Below, piece by piece: positions 26,468-38,284 of a stretch of DNA of 64,000 bases. Numbering within the stretch: the stretch's first letter is position 1; every line of letters begins with the position of its first letter. The stretch comes from Marsupella aquatica (lineage: Eukaryota; Plantae; Marchantiophyta): NCBI GenBank assembly GCA_973895155.1, contig OZ316892.1:26373233-26437232 (forward strand), in the 5' to 3' direction. A program made the position numbers and the translations under genes. The notes under the pieces were generated by a model, which worked only from the letters and a program-made list of their open reading frames with translations, had not been told where the DNA came from and did not search any database.

Positions 26468-29369
26468 TATCACACAATGTCCTCTATTCAGGACGTTATC
26501 CATAGACGTGTAGGTTTCCTTGTCTACTCGAGTAGTGAGTTGGTGGATTACTTAGACTTGCTTCCAGATGCTCATGGGGTTCTCGTGTGCCATGCAGTCG
26601 GTCTACCTGTCTCCTAATTCCATGGCCCCACTGGTGTGAAATGAGAGAGTTTGCAGGGGGCACTCGTGATCAAAGAGCTTCCCCCCTATAATTATCTGAC
26701 CAGATCTACTGACACTCGTGCATGCCAATGGAGCAGCTGACGACTGTGTCAGTTTGGAGATCAGAATCGAGGACAGCGCCCAACAGAAGTAATTGCCCTT
26801 ATCAGTGATCACCCAACGCAATGGATCCCATCCAAACTTGAGTGAAAATGTCTGTGATTGTGAGATATTATCTGAAGAGCACACATAGCAAAGACAAGCA
26901 GAGTCCCATAGATATTGTTTTGCAACCAACCCAGTGCGGTAATGTCGTTCTGCAAAAGGAATATTTTTCCAATCCTCATGTGCAAGAATGTAGACATGCA
27001 AGACGGATACCAGGGATCGACAACTGACAGCGAGGGTGGGTTGTGGAATATGTTGGGCTAACGTCAGTGAGCAGGACGGTCTGGGAATATCACAAGCGTT
27101 ATTGATTGAATGTGGATTACGCGTCGTTTCCCTGCTTGCTCGTTCGAGGCCGATCCGAGGCAAGTCATTGGAGATGAACGAAAACATAAAAGTTGTTTCA
27201 GAGATAACAGTAGGGAAATGAGAGGCAAGAGAGCAGAGGGCCCAGGCAAAGAAAAGATGAATTAGAGAGATGAGAGAGACAGATTGAACACAATTTATTC
27301 TGAATGGAAGTAGGGGACAACAGAGCCTATCTGGAAGAAAAAGGGACAATTGAAAGAGTGCAGATTGAAAAGCCTCGGAGAATAAATTGGACCTATAATT
27401 AAAAAAACAGAGGAAAGGGACTCCCTTAATAGAAACCAGAGGAAATTGAGCTTACATCGAAAACAGGGCACAAGTACCTTTTCTTAGTTTGTTTTTAGTT
27501 TTTTCCTTATTTTTATATCAAAGAACCAAACCATAAAGTTGCAGCCCAGGGCCTGTACAACGTCGAATGGCATGATAGCTGGTCCGACCAATCCTTCCCA
27601 TTGATTTTCTCCCAGAATTTTCTTGAGTCCTCTCTTTTTGCTGATGATACAATCCTATATAAGTCCAGAACCTTTGCTAGAATCTTAAGCTGTAGACAGA
27701 AGTTACAATCCAACACAACTTAATGAGACTTGCAACAAACTAGAGTTGTCATTACGAGGAGTGCAGTCACAAGATTGGGATGGTGTGATACGTTGCAGCG
27801 GGATACTTTCATGTTTGATCAGCCTTATCCTTTCCAAAAGCTTCTTGGTAGCACTCGAGGGGACAAGAGCTCCCAAACCCCCTAGTCAGGAAAGCATGGT
27901 GCACTAAACTAATCACAAATGTGGACCCAGCAAGCCCCATGCTGCGGATGCAGATGGCAATACAATACACAAAGCCTCTGACTGGAAGTAAGTATAGAGC
28001 ATGAGCAAACTGTGCGTGTACACGTAGAGTGAGGCATCAACTACGGTAGTGTGTCACGGACAACGGGCCATGCAGAAAGTGCCCAGAGGTTTTGCGTACG
28101 AGTCAAAGTTTCCAGACAGTGTACTTCAGGGAGTTCAACAGTTATTTCCCAACGCCGAGAAATTCCAAAAAAGTCGTTCCCATGAGGAATGGAGAGGGAG
28201 TATGGTTTTGAAGGGAAGCAGGCCAAATCCTAAACAAAAAATCGTCAGATTGCATAGTAGACAGGTTACAAACTGTCTTGCTTCGCCATTTGAGGCCGAA
28301 GTTTTACGTGACGGCATCAGTTCTTGATTGTAATTGTTTTTCGCACGGTTGAGTATGTCCTACAGAAAAGTTGTCTTCCGAAATAAAAATGATTGGTACG
28401 AGAACACTGCCTCACCTCTACTGTCACTACCTCACTTTGATTACTGTAACTAAGACTCGTGAGAAACTGGAAACACCATCTTTAGTAAATATCGTGCTAA
28501 AATTCTTGTACTTGGCTTATTAATTAAAATTGTTGTGGGAGACAGTAAACTCTACCTTGTTAGAACAGGTCATGATGAATCAGTCCTACGTTTTTCATTA
28601 GTGTTTCCGTCCAAGAATGGGCATATTTTGTACCCATCCCGGCGGATGGCTGTCGATCATTTGTTCGAAGCATGGAAGCCCATAACTAATGATCGTCCTT
28701 CGGCCCTATGTCATAAGCAGGTATACAAAAGCACTCAGAGAGACACCTTGGCCTATGGAAGCAAATAGCTTGGACTGTCCACATGGCCTAAATACCTCGT
28801 AGAAAAATGAAACACGCTCTCCTTAGGATCCATAATTCCTTCCTTGGAGTCTCCTCACCATACTTCATGCCTAAACCCTGGACTTCAAGCCAATTACCAC
28901 ACTGAACGAGCACGGAATTGAAAACTCGGTTTTGGCTGTCAGAAAGTCGAGGCGAAGATAGTGAAAGAGATTTAAGGGTTAAGTGCAATACACAGTGCAA
29001 GGGTAAAGTGACGTGTTTTCTCGTTCTTTAAAACTGCATCTCCTTTTACGAAGAAAGGGGCTCAGAGACTAGCCGAAATAGAAAAGTGCAACCGCTGAGA
29101 GGAAGTCAGATGTTGTCAACCAGTCAGATTCTCAACTTGAATTATCCAGCCGACCAACAGAATTACAATTGAAGTCCAATGGACGGACAACTTGTTGGAC
29201 AACTATACACGCATAGCCCCGCTGCTGAAACTCTCAGTAAGGGTGCTCGATCGCTAATTGCCTAATTTACACACATCGATCCACCCTTCACACAAAACTT
29301 GGAACCCCAGCTAAACTTCCGAGGCGGCCACATAAATTTCATTTTACAATTTTGCAGTGAGCCGGAATC

Positions 29370-30896
29370 TTACACACTCTCCTTGCCCGAAGGGGTAGAT
29401 GCAGTCGTTGGGGGAGGTGGAGGGGCGGATGTAGGGGTAGGTGGGGTCTCAGTGGCTGACTCCGTTGTGGCTTCGTTAGCGCCAGCTTTCACTTCTGATT
29501 CGAACTCTTTGGCAGCCTGCAAGAAGCCAAACCAATTTCATTATCAGCTGATTAACAAGTCTACATAAATTCAACCTTCGGTAATAAGTACAGTAGATCG
29601 CCTGGCTGGGGAACTTCGACACTCCTCTTCCCTACGTTGTCAAGATGATGAGTTTCAAACTCAGTACAAAGTCAACATCCAAAACCCAAACAATCATAAT
29701 TCGGTTCTGGACGACCGAGTCCGACCAAATTCTTTATCTGAAACATGTCAAGTCTGGTACATTTCGTCGGCCTTTCCCCCGATTCAGCCTTTATGATCAA
29801 TTCAGGGGTTTAAGAATCATTATATACAACAGGGTTTAGTTGGGAGGGTGTCTCTGTGTATCCCAGATCGTGCTGCTTCGTCTAGGAAGAATGCAGCTTG
29901 TGTCCCTTCCCCTTGCAGAAGAATTGACGTACTGAAATTGAAGGAAGATCATTTCAGGTCAACTAGCCAAAAAGGAGTGCTGCCATAAGAGGCTTGACTT
30001 TGAAATTCCATTCATGCATTCCATGATCTCTCGAAAACCCCCAACCCCTGGGATCACAATACGAAAATTGATCCAGGAGAGTTAATTCCGAATTTTCACC
30101 TGTTGGAAGCTTTTCAGTGTCTTTCCGAGGCTCTTTCCTATCTCTGGCAGCTTCTTTGGACCGAACAGGATGGCAGCAACACCAGCAATGACAGCCAGCT
30201 CCGGCACACCTAAGCCGAAAAGCCCTCGCACCACGAGGCCTTCACCCTTTGCTGGGCTCCTCTGAGACCCAATTGCTTGCCCCTTAACGAGTGATCTCTC
30301 GAGATTGAACACTACACTGGAGCTCGACGCATGAACGCCTGCGCATCCCCAGAATTCACTTCTCCGCGTTGTTTCTCCACCATAGCTGCTGTGTGTGCTA
30401 CAGCAGGCAGCTGAACGAGAGGAGGAAGTCCGAGCAGAAATTAAAGATTGCAATGGAATTCAGAAGGAAAGCCTGCGCAAACCACCATTGCTGCAACAAT
30501 TCTGCGCACTAGATGTAATCAAGCTTGGCCATAACACCGTGCACACCCATTCCATCCACCCTTGCAGGTAGGTCATCGCAATTCAAAAACCTACCGATCA
30601 GATAATGGAGCAAATATGCCGTGCGATAAGTTTCCAGTCTACGATTGAAACTCACGAAAAGGGAGCGATTCATTGGCAAACTAGGGCTTGCAAATTCCTC
30701 AAATTCCCAGGAAATGGAGAGAGACGAGCCCACATTGCAGGGAACACACGGGGGTGGGAGAAAACCTACGGAATCGGACTTGAGAAGCTGAGGAAGCGAC
30801 ATTCGAAGCTCGCAGCACTGAACCGTCAAAACCCACTGAATCAAATTTCCTCTGCCCTCGAAATCCGGCTCCCACCGAAGCGCTTAAGGCTTCCAT
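29370..30896 (-). CDS. TATA: Chloroplast Sec-independent translocase TatA (Tha4)
   Basis: [42 protein letters not shown] ends at 30100 (GT donor) and splices to exon 29516-29370 ([10 protein letters not shown]...GKESV*). The 5' transit-peptide exon and the start at 30896 (MEALSASVG) are tentative. Confidence 0.9.
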
Positions 30897-31665
30897 AATT
30901 CCCCCCCCTCCAAACTCCCCTCCAAGAGCAGGCAGGGTCGAAAGGCTTCCCGGGGATTGTAGTGTCTCTCGATCAGCTCGTTCTTGAGCAGCAGCACCAG
31001 TTATCACTGAATCTTAAAAGCTGAAGCGTCACTGGAGACTGAGATGTGAAGAACCCAGTACAAAATTGCAATGTTTGATGCAAATGAGAGAGCTGGGACA
31101 GCGATGGAGGAGCGATGGAGGACTGCTGCTGCTGCTGCAACGTCTGGGATTTGAGCTCCGCATTTCCCGGTGACTCGCAGAGGTTCTGGATTACGGTGGC
31201 TTTACAAGAACTTGGGTACGCGGTTCCGTTTTTTCTATGTGTGAGATGCAATCGTAGCCATTCATATGTGGGAACAGGCGACACTGCACTTTACATAAAT
31301 TTGGGGGGGACTTGGGGGCACAGTAAAACAAAACCATTACCTACCCGTCATATGTCGGTATGTCACTTTTTGGGGGTTGGGTAAGTGGATATCCAAATAT
31401 GACATATACCTTCCATACCACACTACTTATTTTCTTTAAATCAACTAGCCGGATTACCTCTTTACTTGATTACCTGGTTCCTTGAACCTAAAGACATATG
31501 AAGAAAAAAGTCTTGCACAATAATATTTCTATGCTATTTGGTTAATACTCATTTGAAGTGTTTTTTTTAGATTCATGATCACTTTTGTCTGGGGTTACTG
31601 TTTAGAGGCTTCACTCTAGATCCTAGGCCCTTAAGAATAGACTTAGTTGGTGCAAGTGCCCACCA

Positions 31666-31841
31666 TGTCGTGACATATAGTATCGTAGCCATAGTGTATC
31701 GAAAACATACAAGTCACCGGCAAGGCATATGTGCAAGCTGCTAGCAACCAACATGCATAGAAAAAATCCAATCACATTCACAAGTGCCAAGAAAAAGCAA
31801 ATGAAGTGGTATGTACGTAGTGGAGGTGTAAACCTCTGTAT
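31666..31841 (-). repeat. Repeat A, terminal copy (176 bp)
   Basis: Matches 32202-32377 with 2 substitutions; forms the ...CACGACA 3' end of the element. Confidence 0.95.
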
Positions 31842-32199
31842 ATAAAAGGCGTGATAGAAACAAGTGTACTGAAATCGAATCGAAAACCGGCGGGATGCCA
31901 AGATCGGCCGGGAGCATCTAACGAATCACTGTGTGAATCCCGTGTACGGAACCGACGAGCACTGTCTGAGCTCTGTCAACAGCGATTCAAGAAGAACTGA
32001 AAACCCACAAAGAAAGACATGCCCTAAGCCAGCAAAGTCCTGGCGTCACACTAACAAGCACATTTGCTTCAAGAACGGCCCAGACTTGCTACAAGAACAT
32101 GTCACTAACTCAGGTAGTACACTAGCCTTAACTACATACCTAGCGGGCAGGCGAGGGACATGCCGATATGCATAAGAGGCACTGTCCCTCGGCATGACA
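31842..32199 (-). repeat. Repeat B, internal copy (358 bp)
   Basis: Matches 41076-41428 with about 3 substitutions and one 5-bp indel. Confidence 0.95.
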
Positions 32200-32201
32200 G
32201 C

Positions 32202-32377
32202 TGTCGTGACATATAGTATCGTAGCCATAGTGTATCGAAAACATACAAGTCACCGGCAAGGTATATGTGCAAGCTGCTAGCAACCAACATGCATAGAAAA
32301 AGTCCAATCACATTCACAAGTGCCAAGAAAAAGCAAATGAAGTGGTATGTACGTAGTGGAGGTGTAAACCTCTGTAT
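32202..32377 (-). repeat. Repeat A, internal copy (176 bp)
   Basis: Directly follows the G11 tract on the minus strand; separated from B by the dinucleotide GC (32200-32201). Confidence 0.95.
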
Positions 32378-32388
32378 CCCCCCCCCCC
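32378..32388 (-). other. Polypurine tract (G11)
   Basis: C11 on +, about 30 nt after the pol stop codon and abutting repeat A. Confidence 0.75.
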
Positions 32389-32420
32389 AGACCACAGCCA
32401 AAAGGAGGGCTGAAGAAAAT

Positions 32421-35400
32421 TTAGGTAGCACGTGGAGCACAAGAAGGGCAAAACCATAACCCTTCTGGCACCTGGGTAAGTTCAGGCCGAAGGCAAAAAA
32501 GATGGTACCCTCCATTGCAATTGTCACACAGCAGCATCTGGTCAGCATCATCAATTCGCAAACACACCTTGCAAGGGTAGTCCACAGGTGGAATCCAAGT
32601 AGAAGTCACAATGGTGGGATCTAGGTTAGGCAGATGACAAGGGGCGCAATTCTTGGCATTGTCAGCAATTGTGCGCCCATCTGCCCCTTGTAACTCTAGC
32701 ACTCCAGACGGTCGAATAGCTTTAACCCTGAGAATAGTACGACTGGTAGAGGTGTCCAGGGTATCGTTAGCTTGCCGCTGCAAGTTTACAAAATCTCCCA
32801 CATCAAACTTCCTGACCTTGGGCTGAAAAGTGCCCCCTCGTGTGTGTGCATAACGCAGTGTGTCCCTGTGCTGTGCAATGGCCAAATTCTCCATGGCCAT
32901 GGGCATAACCCTCCTGAATAGGGCAGCCCTCTCAGAGATCACATCAGACCAAGTCACAGTTGAATCCAAGTCCACCACCTGAAGCATGTGAGCAGCAATA
33001 GCAGAAGGTGGAACTGGGTGACGACCAAACAACAAGAAGTAGGGAGAAAAGTTAGACAGTGATGCATGTCTGGACATCCTATACCCCATGGCAATGTAGG
33101 GTAAGGCCAGGTCCCAATCCTCCTTGTTTTTGGTGAGGCAGATCTTCCGGAGGCCCTTCTTGCATGTCTGAACCATGCGCTCTGCCAAGCCATCTGCCTG
33201 TGGGTGATCTCGTGATGTCCGGCGATGATCAATAAGGGCCTGATCAAGCAGCTCCTGGAACTCTCCTCTAAACTCTGAGCCCTGGTCAGTGAGACATTCT
33301 GCACAAGCTCCAAAGCGGCTGAGAACTTGTTGTAGGAATGCCTGGCTGGTGCTACGGGAGGTCTTATCCGGCAATGCCACAAGTTCTATCCACTTGGAGA
33401 AATGCTCTATCATGATCATGATGTAGAGATTACCCCGAGATGTGAGGGGTAATTCTCCAGCCAGATCACATGACCAACGATAAAACATGCCCTGAATAGG
33501 GAGTGGGTGAAGTGTGGGTTGCCGAGACGTGAAAGAAGTCCTTACCCTATCACACTGCTCACACCGAGCAATAACATCTTGAACCTGGCCATGCATGCCT
33601 CTCCAATGATAATGAGGGACCAAGAGGCTGTAAGTCCTCTTAACGCCAAAATGACCAAGCTCAGAATGTACCTTACGAATAAGGCCAACCCTCTCATGAA
33701 TGGGTGGAACCACCACTTCCCTATCTGGCAAGCAGCGCACGAGATGATCTCCCTTCCACAAGTAGCGCTTGGACCTTTGTTGAATTCGGTCTCTCTGGGT
33801 TGCAGTAACATGTATGGGGTACTCCCCATGCTGCAAAAATCTCAGAGTGTCGTTGTCCTCCCATATGTCCACCACAGGTTGGTCAACAATGTAGCATGGC
33901 AGCAAAGCAAGATAGGTAGATGCATGAAATGTAGGCAGGATGGAAACCTGGTCAAAATCCTGCCGTGCATCTGAGGGATCATCAGAGGCAATCAAAGGGC
34001 TGCGGGACATAGTGTCAGCATTTTGATGTGTCACACCAGGCCTATGAATTACCTCAAAATCATACTCCTGGAGTATGAGCGCCCAACGAGCAAGCTTGCC
34101 AGTAAGCTTGTCGTTGGTCATCAACCACTTCAAGGGCTGGTGGTCGGTGTAGAGAACAAACCTGGTCCCATAGAGGTAGGGCCTGTAATGTATGACAGCC
34201 CACACAACAGCAAGGCATTCACCCTCATAAGAAGAATAATGACTCTCTGCCTGATTGTTGCTCCTGGATGCATAGGCAATGACGTACTCCTTACCTTCCT
34301 CATCATGCTGGCCCAGAATGGCACCAATCCCAAGGGCACTCCAATCTGTGTGTAGCACAAAGACCTTGCTGAAATCAGGTCTTCTCAGCACCGGGTATTC
34401 TGAGAGCTTCTCCTTCAAAGTGGCAAATGCTGCCTCAGCATCTGTACTCCATGTCCAAGTCACATTCTTTTTCAACAAAACATACAATGGGTGTGCAATG
34501 GTACTGAAATCTTTGATGTAGATCCGGTAGTAATTGCACAACCCAATAAAACTCCTCAAAGTGTGAACATCGGTAGGAGTGGGCATTTCCAAGATGGATA
34601 CCACCTTGGCCCAGTGAGCCATGGTTCCATTTGGAAGAATGCGATGCCCAAGATATACAACTGATCTAACAGCAAATTCACACTTCTTGGGGTGTATCTT
34701 TAGGTTCACCTTCTTAAGCCTCATGAATAGCTCCTCAAGGTCAAGTAGATGTTGGTCAAATCCTTTGCTGTGGACCAACACATCATCAATGTAGCATTTC
34801 AGAAACTCAGCACCTTGAAGAACCTGGTCCATGACTCTTTGAAAGAATATGGGCGCATTCTTCAAGCCAAATGGCATCACCAACCACTCCCATAGTTGGT
34901 TACTACCATGGAAAGTTGTTTTCTTGCGGTCCTTTGCAAGCAGCAAAATCTGGTTAAAGCCTTGCCTTAGATCCACAAGACTGAAGATGTCTGAGTCTCC
35001 AATGCTGTCAAATAGCTCCTCTGGCCGTGGCATGGGGTACCTGTCCTGGGGTGTGACCAGGTTCAGTGGCCTGTAGTCCCCACATATGCGCTTCTCTGTC
35101 CACAATCCACTGGAATCCTTCTTTGCTGGCATCACTGTAGCTGCTGCAAAATCTGATGTAGAGGGCTGAATAAGACCAGCTTCATAGAGCTCTTGGCATC
35201 TCTCATCCACCAACTACCACTCATGCTTACTCAAACGGTGTCTCCGCCTGAAGATAGGTGTTTCATCAGCCAACTCAATGGAGAACTGCATAGTCTTGCA
35301 CTTACCCAAGTCCTTCATAGAGAAAGCAAACACATTCTCATGCTTGAGGAGCAAATTCAGCAGCTGGTCCTTCTGTCTTTTACTCAGGTGGTTGCCCATG

Positions 35401-35486
35401 ATGAATGTGTAGTTGGCAACACTAGGAATAGGACCTGATGTACTCGTGCTGGAAGAGCCAGAAGTGCCAGCCTCTCCACTGTCCAA
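32421..35486 (-). CDS. Gypsy-type RT, RNase H, DDE integrase and PHD finger (930-aa open stretch; one stop at 35214 upstream)
   Basis: RT: RICGDYRPLN, MPFGLKNAP, YIDDVL. RNase H: HTDWS, YEGECLAVVW, TDHQPL. Integrase: HHCC motif HSELGH...CEQC, core CDLAG / TDQGSEF / ERMV. C-terminal PHD: CKVC...LLCDNCNGGYHLFC...WFCPSC. Confidence 0.95.
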
Positions 35487-35714
35487 TTAGCTGCTAGCAT
35501 GCTGCTGATAAGGTGATGAGGCCTCTCCAAGGCCTGCTGTATCTGTTGCTCTGGTCTGATCCACACCATGAAACTCAGAAATAATGTCAGCCACATTACA
35601 AGGGACCTCCTCCCCCCCAACACTGGGACTGAAGTGGTGAGTGTTGGACAAAGGTAAGTGCACCTGGTCTGGATGCCATGTAGCAGCACCATGGAGTGGT
35701 AGAACTGGAACTCC

Positions 35715-37100
35715 TTATGCTGGAGGAATGGACATCTGAAAAAGGATGCAAGTGACCAGAAGCCAAGTGAGAGCATTAAGATCCATTACCCTGCCAAGTA
35801 AAGCATTCCTGGCCAGCCTGGTGGTTTTGGTGTGGCCCGTAGTACCGGGTTGGAAGCCCATAGCCCGTTCTCTCTCCTCGGGACTAGGTTCATCCCATGT
35901 ACTGGTAGAATGTCGATAAACCAGGCCAGGACCATCACCCTGAAAAGCATGTGCACCTGGAAATGATACAAATGTAGGCCAAGCAGCACGGGGCTCTCCA
36001 ATGGTATTGGCTGGATACCAAGGTGCTGGCTCTTGCCGGGTAACTGGTTGGCAAGAACTGTCAGGATCCAAAATCTGGTCCACTGTGAGGTTAGTGTCCC
36101 TGGATGTGTGGTGAAGAGCTAACTCCAGCAAGGAATGTGGTGCAAGGTTAGTCCAAAAGTTACGAAGACGATGTGCATAAGAGCCACAGTGCACTGCATC
36201 AATGAGAAGGGGTGGCCCCAAGTAGTGCTGGACCACACTGAAATCCTCTTTGACCTGTGGACGCTGGTCAAACTAAGATGGAGTATTCTCAATGATGTAA
36301 CCAACAGCAGGATAAAGGGATTGAGCCCAGGTGAGAATCTGAACCAATGCTGTGAAAAGGCCAGAACGAGAATCATGCAGTCCAGCACCGTGACCAGCAA
36401 CTGAAAACCCTTGGCATTCCCAACCAGCTATGATCAAATCAAGGGAGCCAAGAAGGGTTAAGTGCCGGTGCTGGACAAGCTGGATATCTGGAGGAAAGAA
36501 AGAAAATGCAGACTTCCATGCACTGTGTGGAAACTGCTGGGGAAATCGCTCTGAAAATTCCAGCAGACGGGATTCAGCCACTTGCCTTGCACCTGGATCA
36601 ATATCCACATAGATGTACAGCTTCACCACCATGCCAGACTGTAGGAGAGCTTCCAGGCCTGTAGAAATGCCACCAAAAAGCTCAAGCAATGTAAGGTCAT
36701 CTGAAGGAGGAGTCCATGTAACTGGTGCGCTCAAGATTGGGGCTATTGGTTGGCCATGGTGCTGCCCAAGATCCTCAAATTTGCGCAATGCAGCCACCAA
36801 AGGTCCATGGGCTGCTTGGAGCCGTTGTACCACCTCTAGTCGATGATCCACGTTGCTGGAAAGTGCTGCTATATGTGCAGCAGCATGTGCAGTAGCCACC
36901 TCATCATCATCCTCCTCAATCCAATCCTGCAATGGGTGGTTGACATAGGTAGTTGTGTGCACTGCTTTCAACACACAGTGGTGAGCCATAGGTGTATGGG
37001 CACCATGCAAATCAAGTGGAATGTAGCCCAAGTGTGAGCCATTCGTATGCCAATCAACTCTGTAGTATGCATGCTCATGCCAGTTGTCAATGGTAAAACC
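35715..37100 (-). pseudogene. C5 cytosine DNA methyltransferase domain (DNMT3-like, non-permuted) in the pol frame
   Basis: Motif I LELFGGISTG, II YVDID, IV IAGWECQGFS, VI IENT, VIII AHRLRNFWTNL, IX ERERAMGF, X RNALLGR. Same frame as RT. In-frame stops at 36273, 35715, 35487 and 35214. Confidence 0.9.
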
Positions 37101-38284
37101 TGTGGGAACAAAGCCTCCTGGCCAATGAGCACATCATACGTAGTGACATTGGTAACCAAACATCTGACTGGGAAATGCAATTCCTGATCTGTACCTCCAT
37201 TAAAAGTGAGAGTGAGTAAAGTGGAACTCTCACCCAGCACATCCTCCACAGTGCCACTAGCAGTCCGAATGTGCCACTTGGATTGCTGTAAATGATCAGT
37301 CAACAATCCCATCTTCTTGGCAAACTGAATGCCCAATATCACTGGTTGAGCACCTGTGTCTAGCATGACCACTTGAGGAGTGTGACCTTCCAACTTGACC
37401 ACTGAATTCCTATTGTCAACAATGGCAATGGTGGTGGAAACTGAAGTCCTATCACTAGGTACCACTCTCGGCAAATGATGAGGTACCTTGTGAAGGGAGT
37501 TAGTGTCCACGGTCTTTCCACTCAACAACATAGCCAGGAAAGATGGAGCAGCATGACCAGAATCAAGTGTAGCTCTGGTCACACAATCAGCAGCAATTGG
37601 TACTGGGGCAGCCAAACCAGTGGAAACATGTAAAGGAGAAGAAGAAGGTCCAGTATGTACATGAGATTGGACCTCCAAAATCGGTGTCACAGGGGCTGAT
37701 GAAGAATGCAGTGAACCCTCTAGCGCCCTGAGGACAGCTCTAGCATCCAGCTGTAAATCATGGCAACTGAAAAGTGGAGTTGTAAGAATCCTTTGTGCCA
37801 TACCGGAGGTGAAATGCTCAAGTAGCTCAGGAGAAACAACTCCCTGTGAAATGTCAGCAGCACCTGGTGGTGGAATGGATGTAGCTACAGCTCCCTCCCC
37901 CCTCGCCAACAAGGTGCGCTCTTCAGCAAGTGTGAGTGGCTGAAAAGATTGGGGCAAGACAGCCCAAGCTCCCCTGGCTCTAGTCATAGGACCGGCAGCA
38001 AGACCATCAGCCTGTACAATGCGGCGTGTGGGAGCAATACGGGAGGCAGAATGAATCTGAAAATTCTGCTGTAAGGCCAGGCTGGGGAGCAGAGGACAGC
38101 ACACACTCACCCATATGAGCATCAAATGGCAAGCCATAGAAAGAGCGGGGTAGAGGTGCTGAACTGTCAGTGGTGCCTGGGCTAGGAATGGGTTGCACAT
38201 GACCAGCCGGTTGAGAAGGACCAGCAGAGGCAGTTGACTTGCCTTTGATGTTGACAAGTTGGGCATGTAGGGACTCACCCTCAT
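36968..38284 (-). CDS. Aspartic protease region of the Gypsy-like element
   Basis: VMLDTGAQPVILG, IRTASG, YDVLIG. An apparent 1-bp deletion near 37103 disconnects it from the continuation GFTIDNWHEHAYYRVDW in the DNMT/pol frame. Confidence 0.85.
   Translation of the reverse strand: MRVSPYMPNLSTSKASQLPLLVLLNRLVMCNPFLAQAPLTVQHLYPALSMACHLMLIWVSVCCPLLPSLALQQNFQIHSASRIAPTRRIVQADGLAAGPMTRARGAWAVLPQSFQPLTLAEERTLLARGEGAVATSIPPPGAADISQGVVSPELLEHFTSGMAQRILTTPLFSCHDLQLDARAVLRALEGSLHSSSAPVTPILEVQSHVHTGPSSSPLHVSTGLAAPVPIAADCVTRATLDSGHAAPSFLAMLLSGKTVDTNSLHKVPHHLPRVVPSDRTSVSTTIAIVDNRNSVVKLEGHTPQVVMLDTGAQPVILGIQFAKKMGLLTDHLQQSKWHIRTASGTVEDVLGESSTLLTLTFNGGTDQELHFPVRCLVTNVTTYDVLIGQEALFPQVLPLTTGMSMHTTELIGIRMAHTWATFHLICMVPIHLWLTTVC

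Noticed and set aside
26603-27349. 248-aa minus-strand ORF
   Set aside because: Non-ATG start, no recognisable motif and no supporting exon structure; cannot be supported.
31666-32199. Reading B-A (534 bp, TG..CA) as an ordinary 3' LTR with a truncated 5' LTR
   Set aside because: No PPT precedes it. The missing A segment reappears intact between the PPT and B, and both breakpoints coincide with priming signals. Two precise independent accidents would be needed. Disfavoured, but not excluded without other copies.
35214-36275. Programmed stop read-through or RNA editing of the four in-frame stops
   Set aside because: The neighbouring Copia has similar stops at conserved Arg/Gln codons (ER to E*, KQ to K*), so post-insertion C-to-T decay is the simpler explanation.
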